Of a DNA stretch of 64,000 nt, positions 59,504 through 64,000 are shown one piece after another; the stretch's first letter is position 1; each line of letters opens with the position of its first letter. The position numbers were made by a program, and so were the translations under genes. The notes beneath the pieces were generated by a model. The model was not told where the DNA came from. It did no database searches and saw only the letters and a program-made list of their open reading frames with translations. This stretch comes from a virus: positions 1-64,000 of the IMG/VR virus record IMGVR_UViG_3300047160_019164; one strand, written 5' to 3'.

Positions 59504-60325
59504 ATGAACGTTGTCACCAAGCAATCGCAACCGCTCGCCAACACATACGCGGGCTCCCTCATCAAGCTCTTCGATCACGGCAGTATCCAGCTCGTCGACT
59601 CGTGGGGGTCGGACGAGCGGATCATCGAAGCCGCGCGCATGTCGACGGGGAAGGGGTTCCTCGGGTGGGGACCGCGCTGCCCGCACGGGAACAAGTTCGG
59701 CGAGTGCTTGCGAGATGCTGCCTGCGCGTCGGGTACGTGCGAGACAACACCAGGTGACGAGAAGCTCCTCGCGTACCTCTGGAAGAACAAGCACGCAACG
59801 CCGTTCGAGATGGTGGGTGTAACCATCGAAGTGCAGGCGCCCATCTTCGTGTTCCGAGAGTGGCATCGGCACCGTGTGCCGTTCGGCTACAACGAGCTGA
59901 GCGCGCGCTACACGCCGCTTCCCGACTTCAACTACGTGCCCACCGTGGATCGGCTCACGGGTCCGCCCGATGCCAAGAACAAGCAAGCCGGTACGCACGA
60001 TGGGGTTCCGCGCATCAGCGACGAGGCCACTGCGCGCACGTGGCTCGCCGAGCTGCGGCAGCTCTACGAGCACGCGGAACGCGTGTACCAGGAAGGGCTC
60101 GCCATCGGCGTGCCGAAGGAGTTGGCACGTCTCCCGGTGCCCGTGGGTCGCTACAGCCGCATGCGCGCGACAGGCAACTTGCGCGGATGGTTGGCCTTCC
60201 TCGCACTTCGTGACCACAAGTCGGCTCAGGAAGAGATTCGTACCTTCGCGTACGCGCTCGGCGAGCACATCCTGACGCCGCTCTTCCCCCGTTCCATGAA
60301 GCTGTTTAACGAAGGGCGTACGTGA
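59504..60325 (+). CDS. thyX: Flavin-dependent thymidylate synthase
   Basis: AARMS, H.TPFE, REWHRHR...YNELSARY, KELAR..P, NLR, AQEEIR. Confidence 0.95.
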   Translation: MNVVTKQSQPLANTYAGSLIKLFDHGSIQLVDSWGSDERIIEAARMSTGKGFLGWGPRCPHGNKFGECLRDAACASGTCETTPGDEKLLAYLWKNKHATPFEMVGVTIEVQAPIFVFREWHRHRVPFGYNELSARYTPLPDFNYVPTVDRLTGPPDAKNKQAGTHDGVPRISDEATARTWLAELRQLYEHAERVYQEGLAIGVPKELARLPVPVGRYSRMRATGNLRGWLAFLALRDHKSAQEEIRTFAYALGEHILTPLFPRSMKLFNEGRT

Positions 60326-62326
60326 TGGGCGAAGCCAAGGAACGCGCCAAGCTCGGCATCGTCCCCGACGAGACCGCACGGCGCCGTGCGGTGGAGGAGT
60401 TGCCCTTCGAGACCTACGCGCGCAAGCCGCGCGAAGTGCGTGCGCACCAGATGGAGGAAGACACCCTCATCGGGAAAGTGCGGCTGCGGAAAGGCGACTA
60501 CGTTGTGCTGTGGGAGGGACAACTCATGCCCTTCGACCGTGAGACCTTCGAGATGGAGTATGCTCGCAAGAAGGAGACCTCTGATGATCGTCAAGACGAA
60601 GAAGGGGTATGGCGCATCGCGAAGCTCCGCGGAGACGCGCTATGAGCATTCGCTGGCTCGTCAACGCCTCCGGCATCTCGCACCTGTTCGGCCTGAACAT
60701 GAGCGTGGAACGTGGCCGCGCGGTCGAACGGTCGGCATGCGGGCGCGTGAAGTTGGCGGAGGATATGGAGCCTGAACAGGCTGGCGACCTACGATGCGCG
60801 GCGTGCTGGCACGTGGTGGAGATGGGGACGATGCGATGATCAAACGGAGTGAGCTGCTACGTAATGGTCTGGCGAAAGTGTTCGCTCCAGGCACGCGCGC
60901 AGACACCATGACAGCTATCTGCTCGGCGTTCGGCGCGCCCATGGAAGTCGAGTATCGTGGCGAGCAACTCGTCATTACGCCGGCGACGTCCAATTGGTTC
61001 AACGACGCCATCGCCGAGGCCGAACGCGAAGAACGATTGGCCGCCGACGACCGCGTGCGATGTGTCCTACTCGACCAGATTCTAGACGGCGACGAACGCG
61101 CGTTGACCATCGTGCCGGCCGAGATGTGGACGCGGCTGTCCGACGTTCGGAACGGCACGCGTGACCAGATTCGGCGCGAGGAAGCGGCGAAGGCGCGACG
61201 TGGCGTGACGACCCCGCTGGACGTGGCTATGGGTGACACGCTGGAACGGATGGGTTCGCATGTTGGCATCAGGCGCGAGCGCATGTGGGTGCCTCGCCCG
61301 CTCGAATTCAATCTTGACGAAGCCGATGCAAACAAGCCGACCCCGCCGGCGCAAACCCGCATGGAGACAGACGACGAGTTGCGCGAGCGGATTCGCACGG
61401 CTGAATTGTATGCCATCGAAACGGTCGCAACGCGTCCACAGGCAACGGTCATGCGTCCGGACCCGCTGACTGATTGGGTTCGCCAGCAACGCGAGGCGCG
61501 CATCCAGGCTCGCATGCGCGAACGAATCGACCACGACTACCCTGGTCTACTGGCGCAGGCCGATTCGGGCGACCCGATTGCGATTGACAGAGTGCGCACC
61601 ATCGTGGCAGGCATGCCGCGGGCGGATTGGTGATGACCAACTACGCGCGACGGAGGAACGCACGATGAGCGACTGCCAAGCCACCCCACCGCGTGCCGAC
61701 TGCTGCGGGCCCTACGGTTCGAGCGACGGCCCGCACGATTGCTGCCCTACGTGCGTGCGCATCCACGAGGAGAAGCCGCACCTCGACTGCCAGTGCGGTG
61801 ATGCGGACTGCCCAGGCCGCGATCGCTCGTTCCTGATTTCGGAGGTTGCTCGCTATCAGGTCAAGAGCGAGAGCGGTGACAAGAACCTCTCCTCGAATGA
61901 CCTGACCGAAGAGGAAGCCAAGAAGCGTTTGGCGGAAGTCGAATACTTCAAGAAGAAGACGAATGGCGCTCGCGCATTCGCCAAGAAGTGAGTAGCATTC
62001 CCATGCTCGCATTCATCAAGCGCATCGAAGCCAAGGTCGACGAGTCACTGCACTTGCTCCGACTGGTCGTCTCGATGCTCACCAACGAAAGGCAATTCAT
62101 CATGAGCGCCCTCGACGATCTCGAGAAGCAAGTCCAGGCCAACACCGACGCGGAGGCTTCGGCCGTCGCGCTCATCAAGGGGCTCGCCGAGCAGGTGGCG
62201 CAGGCCGCTTCCGACCCGGCCAAGGTCACCGCGCTCGCTGCCAAGCTCAAGGCGTCGGCCGACGCGCTCGGTGCTGCGGTCTTCGCGAACACGCCCGCGG
62301 CGCCCGCACCGGCGACCCCGGCCTGA
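60325..62326 (+). other. Five hypothetical ORFs (60325-60645, 60642-60839, 60836-61633, 61665-61991, 61988-62326)
   Basis: Mostly tiled with stop/start overlaps. Confidence 0.5.
60371..60394. repeat. Palindrome copy 17 (22/24, inside ORF 60325, ETARRRAVE)
   Basis: 20-bp core intact. Confidence 0.95.
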
Positions 62327-62333
62327 TGTTCTC

Positions 62334-62357
62334 CCACCGCACGGCGCCGTGCGGTGG
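62334..62357. repeat. 24-bp palindrome copy 18
   Basis: Perfect copy 3 nt before the tRNA. Confidence 0.97.
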
Positions 62358-62360
62358 CAT

Positions 62361-62436
62361 TGCGCGGTAGAGCAACGGCAGCTCGCTAGGGGTTCATACC
62401 CTGGAAGTAGGAGGTTCGATTCCTCCCCGCGCGACC
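62361..62436 (+). tRNA. Atypical tRNA, fMet-like body with anticodon loop GTTCATA
   Basis: Acceptor TGCGCGG/CCGCGCG, D arm GAGC/GCTC, anticodon stem CTAGGG/CCCTGG, T arm GGAGG-TTCGATT-CCTCC. Confidence 0.8.
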
Positions 62437-62460
62437 GTCGGGAAGTTGCGCTCCCGACTC

Positions 62461-62511
62461 GAAGCCCCTTCTCGCGAGATGGCTCATCCCCACTCTGCGA
62501 GAAGGGGCTTC
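62461..62511. other. 15-bp inverted repeat (hairpin) downstream of the tRNA
   Basis: GAAGCCCCTTCTCGC...GCGAGAAGGGGCTTC. Confidence 0.7.
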
Positions 62512-62536
62512 ACCTTTGGAGCGGCATAACCTCATC

Positions 62537-62929
62537 ATGCCCAAACTGAAGGTGCGATTCGAGATCGACTGGTCCGGTGGCGACATGGCCAAGGCTCGTC
62601 TTCTGAACGAGCTGCAACGGCTCTACCCCGATGCCGTCAACATGCAGGTGCAGACCGAGGACAAGTCGGACCACCCTATCGACACCAGCATTCTCGCAGT
62701 CACCAAACACCTGACCAAGCTGCCCACCGAACCCTTCTCGAAGGTGAAGAAGTCGGTCGAGGAATTTGATCGTCTGTGGTGCCTCTACATCGAGATGATG
62801 GCGTCGGCTTATCTCGCCGAGACGGACATCCCAGCGACCGACGTGGAGCTGGTGTGCGAGCACGGTAGCGGGCTCGACGACTTCGTCATGCGGGCACGGT
62901 TTCGGCGTCTCGAAAAGGAGAAGGTCTGA
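62537..62929 (+). CDS. Hypothetical protein
   Basis: ATG just after a GCGGCATAAC motif. Confidence 0.55.
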   Translation: MPKLKVRFEIDWSGGDMAKARLLNELQRLYPDAVNMQVQTEDKSDHPIDTSILAVTKHLTKLPTEPFSKVKKSVEEFDRLWCLYIEMMASAYLAETDIPATDVELVCEHGSGLDDFVMRARFRRLEKEKV

Positions 62930-63349
62930 TAAACACCGACGTTGTGACGTTCAGACACTCGCTTTACCCCAAGGCCATCAAGCACTCGGCGCGCGGTAGC
63001 CGACGTTTCCTATGCACGTGCGGGAAGCTCCACCACTGGCCTCAAGGTGAGAACCCCGGAAGAGCGCTCCCGCTGCATCAACGCGTCATCCGTTGCAAGT
63101 GTGGCCAGGAGCACGTGCGCTGATGCAGGGAGAAGCCCAACGACTGAGCGGTCCCTAACCCCCCGAGTGAAGGAGACGAACGAACATGAAGATCCGCATG
63201 ACCATTGCTAAGAAGATCCGCAAGCTCGCCGACGCCATCGACGGTAGTGAGACGCTTCACTTCTTCGAGTGGCGCCTGCGCGACTTGCAAGAGCGCGTGG
63301 AGAAGCTCGAGACCTTCGTGCGCACGGGTCGCCAACAAGGTGACCGATC

Positions 63350-63898
63350 GTGAAGGGCACACGAGCCGCAACGAATGCAGTGCTCATCTCCATGCTGGAG
63401 ACGGAGTTGCAGTCCTACAACGCCGAAGCCGAGAAGGTCACTGTCAATATTCAGTATTGGGTCGTGGACACGGACCAGGACCAGCTCACCGTCACTATCG
63501 ATGTTTTGCTGAAGAACGGTCCTATGCTTGACCACGAAGAGCACAAGGAAGGAATCCGCAAGCGAGCAATCGGCCTGTGCCATCCGCACGTGCCAGCGTC
63601 CGTCGTCATTCATTGGGACGTGCGGCTGTGGTGTCGCAACGAAGAGAACGCCATGCAGTTGCGCGCCAAGAGCGTCCACTGGCGCACGATGCTCGATGCC
63701 ATCCTCCAAGGTGACGTCGCCACGCTGAAGAAGATGCAGGTGGAGCTTCACGAAGAGATGACCAAGCTGATGGACGAGGGGCGCGGCTTCGTTTTCAAGA
63801 AGCGCGTCAATCGCAACGCGCAGACCGAGGCTCACTTCCCCGTCGGACCCGATGGTGAATTCACGTGGGTCGATTCGGACGAGAAGGTCGGGTCGTGA
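63350..63898 (+). CDS. Hypothetical protein
   Basis: 182-aa ORF. Confidence 0.5.
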   Translation: MKGTRAATNAVLISMLETELQSYNAEAEKVTVNIQYWVVDTDQDQLTVTIDVLLKNGPMLDHEEHKEGIRKRAIGLCHPHVPASVVIHWDVRLWCRNEENAMQLRAKSVHWRTMLDAILQGDVATLKKMQVELHEEMTKLMDEGRGFVFKKRVNRNAQTEAHFPVGPDGEFTWVDSDEKVGS

Positions 63899-64000
63899 AC
63901 AAGCCAGCAAGGATCGGGAAGGGCCCGGTGACGCTCCTTCCCGACGTCCACGTGATGAAGGCCGGGAAGTCCGTTGCGTCGTTCGAGCTTATCGACCGCA

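Larger units (their letters stand above)
18370..62530 (+). promoter_or_regulatory. Dispersed GCNGCATAA motif, 12 copies (putative phage-sigma promoter element)
   Basis: Near 18370, 19947, 24106, 25734, 30163, 34025, 35326, 36859, 48647, 52267, 58350 and 62521, all on + and each shortly upstream of a start codon. Confidence 0.7.

Noticed and set aside
2629-62357. Palindrome as CRISPR repeats
   Set aside because: Copies are hundreds to thousands of bases apart with genes between them; there is no repeat-spacer array and no cas gene.
2629-62357. Palindrome as ordinary intrinsic terminators
   Set aside because: Most copies lack a U tract, seven lie inside coding sequence, and terminators do not need an invariant loop-less sequence.
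2629-62357. Palindrome as an adapter or assembly artefact
   Set aside because: Coding copies keep frame and vary only at outer bases, and one copy completes a ribozyme stem. Not formally excluded without reads.
62361-62436. tRNA-Sec or genome-wide UGA recoding
   Set aside because: No long variable arm or extended acceptor stem; TGA is used as a normal stop throughout, with many ATGA overlaps.

Overview
A 64-kb internal segment of a high-GC, contractile-tailed (myovirus-type) dsDNA phage genome. Essentially all credible genes are on the + strand. 1-18 kb: tail/baseplate module (sheath, tube, frameshifted chaperone, tape measure, LysM hub, spike, baseplate J, fibre, holin-like). 18-44 kb: replication/recombination module (SF2 helicase, DnaB-like helicase, primase, UvrD, phage sigma factor, intein-containing family-B polymerase, UvsY-like, MT-A70, SSB, RecA, beta-clamp-like, SbcCD, HD nucleotidase, resolvase). 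44-48 kb: DNA-hypermodification cassette (ParB - TET/JBP dioxygenase - T4 beta-glucosyltransferase-like - GT2 - ParB). 50-64 kb: early/accessory genes (ArdC-like, two-frame C5-methyltransferase, MazG-like, ThyX, an atypical tRNA). No capsid, portal, terminase or integrase gene was recognised. The main unexplained signals are non-coding: (i) a 24-bp palindrome CCACCGCACGGCGCCGTGCGGTGG in 18 copies with an invariant 20-bp core, 7 of them in-frame inside genes; (ii) two type II hammerhead ribozymes in the early operon, one using that palindrome as stem III, together bracketing a 598-nt two-gene RNA; (iii) a GCNGCATAA upstream motif in 12 copies; (iv) a duplicated ~128-bp sigma70 promoter cassette. 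All calls come from reading the sequence by eye and from recalled family motifs; no database search was run, copy counts are manual, and coordinates may be off by a few bases.
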